From Camelus ferus (taxonomy: Eukaryota): a DNA stretch of 64,000 nucleotides. A model generated the notes under the pieces. That model was given only the letters and a program-made list of their open reading frames with translations. It was not told the DNA's origin and searched no databases. Within the stretch, counting starts at the first letter, position 1; each line of letters starts with the position of its first letter. Made by a program: the position numbers and the translations under genes. This document shows, in pieces, positions 1 through 10,220 of the stretch. The DNA is taken from assembly GCF_009834535.1 (NCBI RefSeq), contig NC_045697.1, forward strand, positions 3,536,001-3,600,000. The letters are read 5' to 3'.

Positions 1-78
1 GGGTGAGGCCCCACCCTAGACCTGCTGAATTTAGGCCCCACCCTAATCTGTGTTTTAACCTTTGAGAAGCTGCACTGG
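1..78 (+). mobile_element. MER5A-like hAT-Charlie MITE fragment
   Basis: GGCCCCACCCTAGACCTGCTGAAT...AATCTGTGTTTTAAC...TTTGAGAAG matches the remembered MER5A core; truncated by the window start. Confidence 0.6.
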
Positions 79-214
79 CAGGTCCCCACCCTTAAAAAGT
101 CCTGGGGCCCCACTTGCTCAACTACATGAGAAACTGCATCTCCTTGTATCACTCAAGAGGGCTCTGTCCTCTCCATCCTCATGCTGCTGACCTGTTCCTA
201 CTGACCTGGCAGCA

Positions 215-430
215 AACACACACCATACTCAGGTACGTGCTCACTGCCATGCTTTTCAGTCACCCCAGGGCCTTTGCATATGCTGATATCTGTACTTAGA
301 ACGCTCCTCTGCCCCTCTGTACTGTCTGCCTCTTGCTATTGAGTGAATTAATTAATTGAAAATAGGCTCCAAAAAGGCAAGACCATCTCCTGGGGTGGCC
401 TTTCCCCACCCCCACCTCACCAGTCCACTT
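215..430 (+). mobile_element. L2 LINE fragment (3' region)
   Basis: CAGGGCCTTTGCATATGCTG...TAGAACGCTC is a typical L2 3' motif. Confidence 0.5.
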
Positions 431-1384
431 GTCCAGCTGTGAAAGTTGACTGTGGAATGTGTATGACTTTCTATCATCTTGGAACACCAGAACTTGTGGG
501 TTTAGGAGCCCACCTTGGGACTGAGGCCAGAAAGGGGAAGGATCCATCCCAGGGCCATGTGGCAGACATGCCACCTGGCAGAACCCTCCTCCTGCGTCTG
601 CATAGTGGTATACTGCCCCTCATAGGAGAGATGCTGAGGGTGGGAAGGAGGGCAGGGGCTTTCCCCAAAACATCCGGTGATGATAGTAATAACAGCAAAT
701 GCTTATACAGCACTCACTCCACACCTTACATGCACCAAATGCCTCATGACAGATGAACAAACCGAGAAACAGAAAGAACACAATGGCCCCAAGATCATAA
801 CAGCTTGTCCATGGTGGGCCTTGGATGAGAGAACAAGTAAAACATATCAGGAATCATATGTTAGGAAGAAAAAAAGGGAGGTCAAAAAAGAAGGCAGAGA
901 ATAAGATTTTTTTATGGTGACTTCGAGTATTCATTCAACAAACAGTCTAATCTCTCAACTTGCCAGACATGTAGATCCATAGAGAGAAAGCCAGCCAGCA
1001 TCCCCAGGGCCTGTTGACAGTGACATTCCCTCTGCACATAAGCTTCCAGGATGCTCACAAGAGCACTGCCAAGGTGTAGGTATGTGTTTCACTCTCTGTA
1101 AACACACATTCATGTGCAGAAAGGGTTACATGCAATCCACGCTCAGGGATCTCCACATAAGATTTTATGGAGAGACTGCTGATACACCCACACACCAAGG
1201 ATGCTTCCTGTACTAAGCTTGGAGCTAAAGGCACCCTCCTGGGAGAGCCTTTGTGGAGGCCTGATCCAGCCAAGGCATCTTATACCCTGTTCCAGAAAGG
1301 ATGAGCATCTCAGAGAGGCCATGGGGGTCTTGCTGGGCCCCAGCGGGGGCTGGTGTAGCAGGAGCTGCCTGTGGTATAGAAGGC

Positions 1385-1575
1385 CTTGGCTTGTTACATC
1401 TGCCCCACTGCTGGTTATGCCCCAGCGCCTGCGCAAACCCTGTGTGCCTTTGAGTCTCAGTTTACTCATCTAAAAAATGGAGGGAAAGTCCCTGCTCCAC
1501 CTTCCCTCACCTCACTGAAAGGGGACAGTGTATCAAAGGATGGATATCAAAGGATTTTAAAACCTGTACCACGCT
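1385..1575 (+). mobile_element. MIR SINE
   Basis: MIR core-like TGAGTCTCAGTTTACTCATCTAAAAAATGGAG. Confidence 0.6.
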
Positions 1576-2149
1576 GTCCCGGGAGGAAGGCTGATCATCA
1601 AGACACAAGATGATGTCATTGCCTGAAAAATCACCCAAATGCTCACAGTGAATTGGGAACTTGAGCAGTTTCATGAGAGACACCACCTGTTCTCAGAAGA
1701 CGCCCTCCAGGGGCCCCAGAGGGGTCTGGACGCAGCCCAGTTACATGTAACGAGGCGCACAGTCCCCTGCAGAGGGAACATGGGTTCTCAGTGAGGGTCC
1801 CTTGCTCTGGGCAAAGAGGCTGACCCACAGCTGGTGGTGAGGAAAGCAAGGATGTGAGGGTGACCCTCCCGCGTGAAGCCCCGCTGGAGGACCCGGGGCT
1901 GCGGCCTCAGCCCGGCAGGGCCTCTGCGGGAGGGCAGCTGACTGGCTGGCCGCATGTGAGGCCCGTGGGCACCTCCTCACCTTGAGCCTCAGACCTGCCT
2001 CGTATCCCCCAGCGTGCTCGTCCGTACTGGGGGGTGACGCAGGGCTCGGCAGACTCCTCACCCAACAGCAGAGCTGTTCTTGGGCCTATGTCCTGAGGCT
2101 GGAGACCTCCTACCAGTCAAGCCCGGGTGGGCCCTGGGGTCCTCGTTAT

Positions 2150-2660
2150 CCGCACTTGGGAAGATGTGAGTCCAGCGAGGTAAAGGCTGAACCACAACGG
2201 AGGGGAAGAGCCGCAGGCAGGAGGGGCGGGAACAGGAACCGCTCACGAAGGAGCCTCGGACGCGCTGCGGCGAGGATACAGCACCAGCAGAACCACAGCC
2301 CATCCACCGTGGCCCGGCCACTCTGGGGAGCACTTCTCTGGAAGTCCCTGTGCACGTGGACTGATGGCTGTCCAAAGTCACTGCCCGAGATACTGTTAAT
2401 AACATCTAAAGACCAGAAATAACCTGCAGGCCGGCCACTCGCCGGTGCATAGCCACCACGGGGACACCACGCAGCCGGTCCAGGTGGGGGGATGCGTCCG
2501 GGAGAAGGGGCAGGGGGCCGGGATGGCTGCTCAGGGAGAGGAGCCAGGGAAGAATAGTGCTGTGTCCCTTTTGAGGGAGGCAAAGCCACTGCACTGAGCA
2601 CTTCAAAATGGTTAAATGATGGGTTTTATGCTACTCGAATTTTGCTTCGATTAAAAAAAT
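2150..2660 (+). mobile_element. Ancient L1 (L1M-type) ORF2 end/3' UTR, strongly GC-shifted
   Basis: The 3' terminus CACTTCAAAATGGTTAAATGATGGGTTTTATG...GATTAAAAAAA resembles L1MB/MC ends. Upstream ACTGTTAATAACATCTAAAGACCAGAAATAACC resembles the end of L1 ORF2. Confidence 0.55.
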
Positions 2661-2666
2661 GAGAAA

Positions 2667-2776
2667 GGGCAGCGGTAGAGCACGTGCCTCTCGTTGCACC
2701 AGGTCCTGGGTTCGATCCCCAGGACCCCCACTAAATAAATAAGTAAAACCAGTCACAACACTCCCCCCCCCAAAAA
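2667..2776 (+). mobile_element. tRNA-derived SINE, camelid Vic-1-like
   Basis: A-box-like GCGGTAGAGC, B box GGTTCGATCCC (2709-2719), then AAATAAATAA, a C run and a short A tail. This matches the layout I recall for the camelid Vic-1 SINE. Confidence 0.8.
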
Positions 2777-2779
2777 GAG

Positions 2780-2945
2780 GGGGATAACGCTCTATATCCA
2801 TTTCCGCTTGAAGACGTGTGATGGCACGGTGGAGGGAAACATAAAAACCTTTTTAGTGTGGTGCCCTCTGTAGGGAGAGGGTGGCAGGAGGGACGGGGAG
2901 GTCTTCCCTGGACACCTCTCACTACCTGCAACCCTTTGAACCACC
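2780..2945 (+). mobile_element. Old L1 (L1ME-like) 3' UTR fragment
   Basis: AAAAACC...GTGGTGCCCTCTG...GGGGAG...CCCTTTGAACC resembles the L1ME 3' UTR. Confidence 0.4.
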
Positions 2946-4219
2946 GGCTTTATCAGCCATTCCACCTCCAGCATCAGGGGCGTGTGTGAACATGTGTGTC
3001 ACTGTGGGCCCCGAGGCCACTCCAGGGTGTGTCGCCTCCAATGAAGGATGCCCTCATGTCTGGCCACGGTCCTCCCTCCCACCCTCAAAACATGAGACAG
3101 ATGCTCATTTTCATGCCAGTGCAGGCTGGCATGCATGGTGGGCGAAGACTAGACCCTGAGGAAAGCATTCAGTTGGTGCTCAATAAATGTCCGCTTTCTT
3201 TCCCCCAGTGAAGGCCACTGAGAAATCCCTTCCTACCTCAGCCGGGCTGCCCAGGCCCTGAAGCAGCTCCCTCAGGGAAGCACCGTCCTTCCCACGTCCC
3301 AGATTAGAAGCTGAGGTGGGAGGGGACAGTGGCCACCCCAAAGGCGCACTCGAGAGACAGCAGAGCTGGAGGTTTGAGGCCAAGACTGTGGATCTTTCTA
3401 GAAGAGCCCCCTGTGGAGCTCTTCCCAGCCTGAGCAAGAGAGGAGGGGGCTTCCTGCTGACCCACAAGCCAGATGGACCGGCCGAAGCCCCAGGCCCCCA
3501 GGAAGGCCCCTGGGCTCGGCGCTGGGCGCCTCCACCCGGGATGAATCCCTCACAGGGAAGTCGGTTCCATTTAAGAGAAACCGACTCTGCGTTTATTCAC
3601 CAGGGGGAGGGATCCTGCTAAGACCGCGGAGGGGAGAGAGAGGGAGCCCGTTAGGCTCAGAAGGCCACGTGGCGGGTGCTGCTTCTCCAAAGTCAGGCTC
3701 GGTCAATCCCACCAACGCGCTGCAGACCCCCAGGGCTGCCGGCTCAGGCCACTGGCCGGCGCTGACTCACTGCTGCCACCCCCCCCACCACCACCACCAC
3801 TCCGTGAAGCCCTCCCTGATGCTCCAGGCTGGCGGAATCCCACACGCCCTGGGAGCCTCCCTGGAGGTTCTCATGCCCACGTGGACCAAGGAAGTACTTG
3901 TCAAAGCTGTTGGCCTTCCGTCCACGGGGCAGATTCCCAAGGTGCCCGCAGCTGCCAGCTCTCCCTCCTGAGGCAGTGCCCCAGCCCCTGGCTCCAGGCG
4001 ACTCCGCAGAGCCTGGAGGACTTCACGGGGGGAGGACCATGTTCCCAGAGCCCGAAGGGTCGGGTCTGAATCCTGTCTCCACAACGTCTGAGCCGTGTTC
4101 CCCTGGCCTCACCTCTTGGAGCCTCGAGTTCCTCACCTGTGACACGGAAGCGATGCTGCCGGCTTCCAGAGCTGGAGCGAAGACGCAGTGAGTCTGGCGG
4201 GGCGCAGTGAGCACGGCGC

Positions 4220-4390
4220 TTAGGCTCTGGGCTAGGGCTAGGGCGAGGCTTGTGGGCAGGGCCGGGGGAGGGTCTGGGATTAGAGTCAGTGTGAGGTTTA
4301 GGGTGGAGATTAGGCTTGGGGGTAGGGTTGGGTTTAAGGTTCGGGTACAAACAGGGTTACAGTAAGCGCTAGATGCAGGTTGGGGCTGGG
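4220..4390 (+). repeat. Degenerate period-6 (TTAGGG-like) tandem repeat
   Basis: Hexamer phase: tagggc tagggc gaggct ... tgggat tagagt cagtgt gaggtt tagggt ggagat taggct tggggg tagggt tgggtt taaggt. Confidence 0.65.
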
Positions 4391-6144
4391 CAGGAGTCGG
4401 CATGTGCTGTCTCCAGGAAGTACTGTTTTGTATCTCCTGGTCTGGCCAGTGCTTGTTTAGTGTGAGAAACATCATGTGTAGATGAGGTGTAGGTGAGATG
4501 CTGCTGTGTACACTGAAATACTCTGAGAAGTTTGTAAATCAACCCGTCAGCGGTCAGACCTACCTACTCACCACCATAGGCACATCTGGCCACCTCTGGG
4601 CCCATCCTTCTGCCTCCCCTGGCACAGACCCCTGTACCTCTCCACCTACAGGGCCAGCATAGCTGCCACCTCCTCCAGGAGGCCCTCCAGGATGTTTCCA
4701 GACTAGGTTGCTGGCTTTTGATGATACCCACTTTTCCCTCAGCAGGCATGCTCTTTGGGGGCTGGGCCCCATCCCCCCACCACCTGCTCTGCCCTGAATC
4801 CCAGCACTAGGGTGAGGCCCACTGCAGGGAAAGGTGCACCGCTGTGGAGCCGGCCCAGCCTGCACGTGAACCCTCACTGCTGTGTGGTGCCCTCCCGCTC
4901 TAGCATCACTTCCTTGTCTGCAACACTGGAGGACAACGGCCACACGTCTCCGAGCAGCTGAGCTGATGAAGTGTGATCACATGTGCAGAGGGCCTGGCAC
5001 GCTGCCTGTCTCGACCAAGGAGGGCTGGACAAATGACCGTCCCTTCCCTCCTCAACAACCAGGGTGAGACAGAGGCCGGCCGCCCTCGATGATGCCATGC
5101 CTCGGGCTGAGTCACCTGGCCCCAAATAGGGTCCCTTTCTTCCCACAAAGCCGTGACCTCATCTGGCCATTCTGTCTTGGCTGCCAGGGCCCCGGCGGTG
5201 GCCCAGCTAGAGGAGCGGAAGTCGGAGCAGCCCAGCAAGCCCGCCTCACTCCATCTCGCTGGGGTGACCGTGCAGCCTCCCCCACTGCCCCCGACACTTA
5301 GGAAAGGCGAGAGCAACAGGCTACCGCTTCCAGGAGCAGGGGAGGCTCTGGGAAGAAAAGACAGCTTTCTGCAAATGCAGAAGGCAGATGACCCTTCAGA
5401 AAGTCCCTCGTTTCAGAAGCTTTTGCCAAGACGAGGCAATCTGAGGACAGCATTTTGAATCCAAGGGCAGGACAGCATGTGGGGGGTTGGGGAGGGCAGA
5501 GGAGGGTTTCTGACAAGGGTCTGGGGTGGGAGGGCATGCATTCCTCTCCCTTCCAGGAGGAATGATGTGGGTGCATAGAAAGAATGTTGGCCAAACAAGG
5601 CAGACGGGGCAGCATGGATCTGAGCACACACGCCCATCAGAACAGCAGCAACGGCGGGCTCCCTCCGCGTTATGGGAAGGCCCTGCCCAGGCGTCCCCAG
5701 GACGTGGGGGCCAGACACGGGCCGGGATGTAAGAAAAAAAGACGTTGGAGGCAAGAAAAAGAACAACTCACCGGAGCCGTGGACTTGAACCTGTGACCCC
5801 ACCCACTAGTGGCCACGACCCCTTGTCCCTGGGAGAGACAGTAAGATGCAGGGTCCCCCAAAGCAGGGTCCTCGGGGGCTCTCCTGGCCCCTGTGGTGTC
5901 CATGCTGGCGGGACACTCATCACCCAGAGCAGCGGAAGTGCCGTCATCCGCAAAGGCACGTGTGGCCCCTAAAGTCCCCTAACCCCATTTCCTTACGCAG
6001 CTGCCCAGCCTCCTGGGGAGGCAGGTGTGGCTTTGAGACCAACATCTGGCCCACAGAGCCCACAGCACATGGGCAGCAGCCGTGTGCATCCCCTGCGTGC
6101 CTGAGCCAAGAAAACCTCCTCTTTATCCTCACTGGTCATTGAAA

Positions 6145-6320
6145 TAATATTGATTTACTCTGTCCTGGGCCCTGTGCTAAGCACTTGACAGGCATCATCT
6201 GATTTAATCCTCCTCATAGCCCTGGTGGCTGGGAACCGCTTTGTCCCCATTTTGCAGGTGTGGAAGTTGAGGCACACTGGAGCAGGGGTCTGCTTGCCCC
6301 AAGCCCAGTACTGTGATTCC
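6145..6320 (-). mobile_element. MIR SINE
   Basis: CTGTGCTAAGCACTT...TTTAATCCTC...CCCCATTTTGCAGGTGTGGAAGTTGAGGCAC is the reverse-complement MIR core. Confidence 0.75.
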
Positions 6321-6904
6321 ACAATGTGGCCCCAAGGCCCCCGGGGGACTGGCTGGGAGAAAGGAGGCCCTTCGCCCCGGGCATCCCTCTGTGACCAAAT
6401 GCCCATCCCCAGCTTTGGCCTCGGAGGTGCCCAATCCAATGCGTGCAGAGCTTCCCCCTCTGCAGTGGACGCCCGGGGCTCACGGCCCCCAGTGCTGCCC
6501 AAGGGCGATGCTCTCCCTGGCTCAGCGCTGTATGCTCCGTGCTGACAGGCTCTCCCTGGCCTTGGTGGGTCGGGCCGGGAGCCAGGCTGGGCTGGGGGCT
6601 GCCAGGGTGGCCGTAGCACCCCTCCCGTCCCAGCTTGCCATGACCCAGCCAGGTCCCCAGTAGACACTCGGCCCATGAGCTTTGCACTGGATGTTTTACA
6701 GTTCCAGTCTCGCCACTCCTCTGAAAGCCCTCGTCCAAACAAAAAGCTACATGAAGGTTGATTTATTCCCAAGGCCTCAAAACGACTGCACAGACTGACT
6801 CCAGGAGCATCCGGAGCCCGGTCTCCAGCCTCGCCTTTGTGTCAGCACGTGTCAGGGGTTGGGGAATGAATGAGGGGACGAATGAACTAGTGCTGGCCAG
6901 GCAG

Positions 6905-7095
6905 AGGACGTGCCAATCAGGCAGGACCTGCCAATCAGGGAGGACCCGCCCACCTTGAACTGGCCCCGCCCCTTCACACCTGGCCTGCAGGTTTATCCCA
7001 CTCTTCTTGTCTTGGCCTTCAGCTTCCTGTTCCTGTAACATCCCTGGCCTCCCCCGTCCTCCTCCCCTAACCGGGCAGGCACACTTCCGCTCCTC
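6905..7095. promoter_or_regulatory. Candidate promoter/enhancer module (2x CCAAT, 2x GC box, ETS sites)
   Basis: CCAAT at 6913 and 6931 inside 18-bp tandem units, CCCGCCC at about 6945, GGCCCCGCCCC 6962-6972, CTTCCTGT 7023, ACTTCCGC 7083. Confidence 0.4.
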
Positions 7096-7198
7096 CCAGG
7101 GACGCCCCGCAGGCGTGTCTATCTGGGAAGACTTCTGGAGCCCTCTGCCCACCTCCAGTGAAGGCTGGTGCCCCCGCTGGGCCCCGACAGACCCTGGA

Positions 7199-7637
7199 TG
7201 TGATGGACTGAATGCTGCCCCCAAAGTATGTCCACCTGGAGCCTGTGTATGTGACCGTTTTTGGGAAAAGGGCCTTTGAGGATGTAACTGAAGATGGAGA
7301 TGAGATCTTCCTGGATTATGTGAGGGCCTGAAACCCCGTGACAAGTGTCCTTATGAAGAAAAGGAGAGCTGACTCAGGGAGAAGGCCAAGGGAAGATGGA
7401 GGCAGAGATCAGGGTGACACGTCTACCAGCCAAGGAACCCCAAAGATGGCCGGCACACCCCCCTAGAGCTGGGAGAGGGGCCTGGAACAGAGCCTCCCCC
7501 TCAGCCTCAGAGGGAACTAGCCCTGCCGACCCTGCGATCTTGGACGTCTGGCCCCCGGCACGGGGAGAGAATACATTCCGGTTGTCCAACCACTCAGTGT
7601 GCAGTCATCTGTACGGTGGCCCTAGGACACTGACGCA
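7199..7637 (+). mobile_element. MLT1C-like MaLR solo LTR
   Basis: TG...CA ends; TGTGATGGACTGAAT, GGAGGCAGAGATCAGGGTGA, CAGCCAAGGAA, CCCTGCCGAC, GCCCTAGGACACTGACGCA. Confidence 0.85.
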
Positions 7638-8014
7638 GGCACAGGCATTTTCCAGACGAGGCCACTGAGGCTCAGCTTGTTGGAGGTGACAGCTGCGAAC
7701 AGGCCGGGCTGGGGTCTCCACCGGGGGCTGCCTGACTCCACAGTTAGGCATTCGTCCCACCGCCCCAGGCGCCCCTTCAGAGGGGCCTCAGCCAGGAGGA
7801 GGAATTGGGAGGCTCCACACAGCAGCTCAGCCCCCAGGGGTCCCTACTCACCCCCTCCCCAGGGTCCCCCCAGGTTAATGGCAGGTTCCCCACCGTGGCT
7901 GGTGCCTGAACAGAGAGCTAGAGGGAGAAAGCCCGGCGCCCCCGCCAGCCAGCCGCCCTTCACAGGCACGAAGCCCAGTGTCCCAAAGAGAAGAGAGCTG
8001 AGAACCAAGTTTGA

Positions 8015-8425
8015 AAGGACCCCTATAAATCAAAATCAGTCGGCAGGAAATAAATGTAGGAACATTACTGATCTATGGAAAACGGCATTTTTACATCAAA
8101 TCTGTTTAAGAGATAATGTGAATTTTAATAGGTGGGTCCTGGTAGACTTCTCCACCTCGGCTGTCCTTTAAAAATATCGTTTACTCTCCATTTCTCATGA
8201 CCTGACATGACTGAATTTTAATTTCACTTTTCACTCCTTTTTAATAATCACTGTAAGTAAAAATTTTAATGAAATTGTGGGATTTTTTTCTTTTAGCCTT
8301 TGCTGTTCAAAACAATGCTTGTGTGTCTACCTGAAAGAGTTGGCGTTTTTCAGATCTGTTTATGGTAATAAAAGGTAATTGGATGAGCCGTTATGCTGCG
8401 GGGCCGCACTTCTCAAGACATAAAA
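8015..8425. promoter_or_regulatory. AT-rich non-repeat island, candidate conserved enhancer
   Basis: Sharp AT-rich island in a GC-rich background. PBX-HOX-like TGATTTAT (minus strand, 8025-8032); TTTATGG, GTAATAAAA and TAATTGG cluster at 8359-8382. Confidence 0.45.
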
Positions 8426-8924
8426 CGTGCGCCGGGGTGTCTCCTGGAGGTGGGTGGAAGTTGCTGATCCTGTTTTTGAAACAAAAATGCCTCCCCAGGC
8501 TCCAGTGCCCCCCCCCCACCAGTTCCCAGTCAGAAAAGCACGTGTTCACTCCTTCCAGGAATTTCTCTTTGGAAGCGATGCTGTCACATCAGAACAGGGG
8601 AGCCGGGAGCAAAGGGAAAGCAGGTGATGAAAGAGAGAGCCTTTGGCTGCATCTGACAGGGAAGGCCCAGATTCTGGCCACAGCAGCCCCTAAACAAGGT
8701 CGCTTGGCCTTAAGGAGTCCAGGCAGGCCGGTCGCCCACCAAGGCCCGTCCCTCAGAATTGCCAGGAAGGAAGGGGGCTGGTGGATCAGACACCAGCTTG
8801 GGAGGAAGCCACCAGGGACCATCTGAGCTGTGTGAAGACTAATTTATCTTCTGAGAAAGCCGGGGGGAGGGACCATTCTGTCCCTGTTCCTGGAATCCAC
8901 TCCTCTTAGCCATCTGGGGTCCAA

Positions 8925-9145
8925 AATGACTTCGGGGGGCCTGAGGCACTGGGCCCTCGTGGGCCACTTCCTCCATAAAAACATATTAACAATTCCATTT
9001 TACAGCTGCAGTGGTATAAAAAAGAATATATTCATATTATATATCAAAACATTTCCCTGACTTAAAAATTTATTTCTCGTCTTCTGAATTTAAAGGAAAT
9101 TAAAACATTTTTGTGGGTCTTTAAATGTCTCTGGCACAGAGCCCT
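8925..9145. mobile_element. hAT-Tip100-type MITE (ORSL-like; family name uncertain)
   Basis: GC-rich GGGCCC-containing ends flank an AT-rich core (CTTCCTCCATAAAAA...TTCTGAATTTAAAGGAAATTAAAACATTTTTGTGGG). Confidence 0.6.
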
Positions 9146-9739
9146 ATGTCTGCAGGAGACTCCCACCTGCCCACCAGAGCCCAGCCCCCTCCCTCCTCCC
9201 TCCCTGGACCCCTGGGCAGCACCCCAGCCCACCCTCCAGACCTGCAGTCTGACCCCCCGCAGTGACTGCACACTGGGTCCCAAGTGCAAGCGGTCAGTGA
9301 TACCTGCCCTCTCACCTAAAGGACGGTGACTTTGACATCTCCTCTGGAGGAGGCCCCTGTTAAAGAGCTCAGGACAGCTATAAACATCCAGGCACATGGG
9401 CACAGTTTTCCACCCTATTTCAGGATCTACAGACCAGTCTGAGACCCAGTCAGTCTACGGGACCAATAAGCCCTTTCCATTTGCCCGGCGGGGTGGACAG
9501 GAGATCGGTTTCAAGCTCCTCTCGTGGCCTTGACCAGTCTCGGGGCCCTATCTGAGGGGCCTGGTCTCTGCCTCACTGGGCCAACAGATGTGGGCACAGC
9601 CTGGAGATGTCACTGGGGAACTCACTTCACAACCAGTGATGCTACATGAATGCAAATGAGGATGGTGAGGCCCACTCCCAGGCACGGGCACCCCTTCCTC
9701 CCCCCAGCCTCCCACTGCCTGGACCCCTTCCTGGCAGAC

Positions 9740-10220
9740 AAGGTCTGCGGGACCAAGACCCCCATCACTCCTGCACTCAGCTCCAGGCACCAGCTTTGCC
9801 CTGCTTTGGGGGCCTGGCTCACCCCACTCCTGGCCCTGAAATGCTTCTTCCAACCCACATGACGCCACCCACCCTTCAGGGTCCTCCAGAGGCCTCGGGG
9901 CCTCTCTTGTCTCAGGCTTTCCCGGTGATGCCGAGTCTTGTGACCTGAGTCACTTTCACCCTCGCATCCTACCCTCGTTCCCCAGCATGCTTCCTCCCCC
10001 CGGGTGGGCGTGGTGCCCACAGCTCTGGCATCGGGAGGGGCCGGTGCTGTGAAGGCAGTCTGTTCCTCATCATCACTGCTGACTGCGTGGCATCCTGCCT
10101 CCTCCGACAGGTCCCCGCGGGGGCCGTCCCTCCTGGGGAACCGGGACCAAGGGTTTGCCCATCCTGCCGCCCCGGCGCTTGGCACACAGTAGGTCCTCCA
10201 GCTGCAGGTGGCTGCAGGCC
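9740..10220 (+). mobile_element. L2 3' region, GC-shifted
   Basis: CCCCGGCGCTTGGCACACAGTAGGTCCTC matches the L2 terminal motif. Confidence 0.5.

Noticed and set aside
1860..2300. CpG-rich patches as CpG-island promoters (also about 27930-28160, 33800-33940, 54200-54540, 57820-58080)
   Set aside because: Short, several overlap GC-drifted repeats, and no associated exon is evident. Better explained by regional GC bias.
2667..2735. Possible tRNA gene (B box GGTTCGATCCC)
   Set aside because: No complete acceptor stem or cloverleaf, and it continues into a SINE body and tail.
3901..4350. ORF with PNPKP repeats (-)
   Set aside because: Translation of the TTAGGG-like hexamer array.
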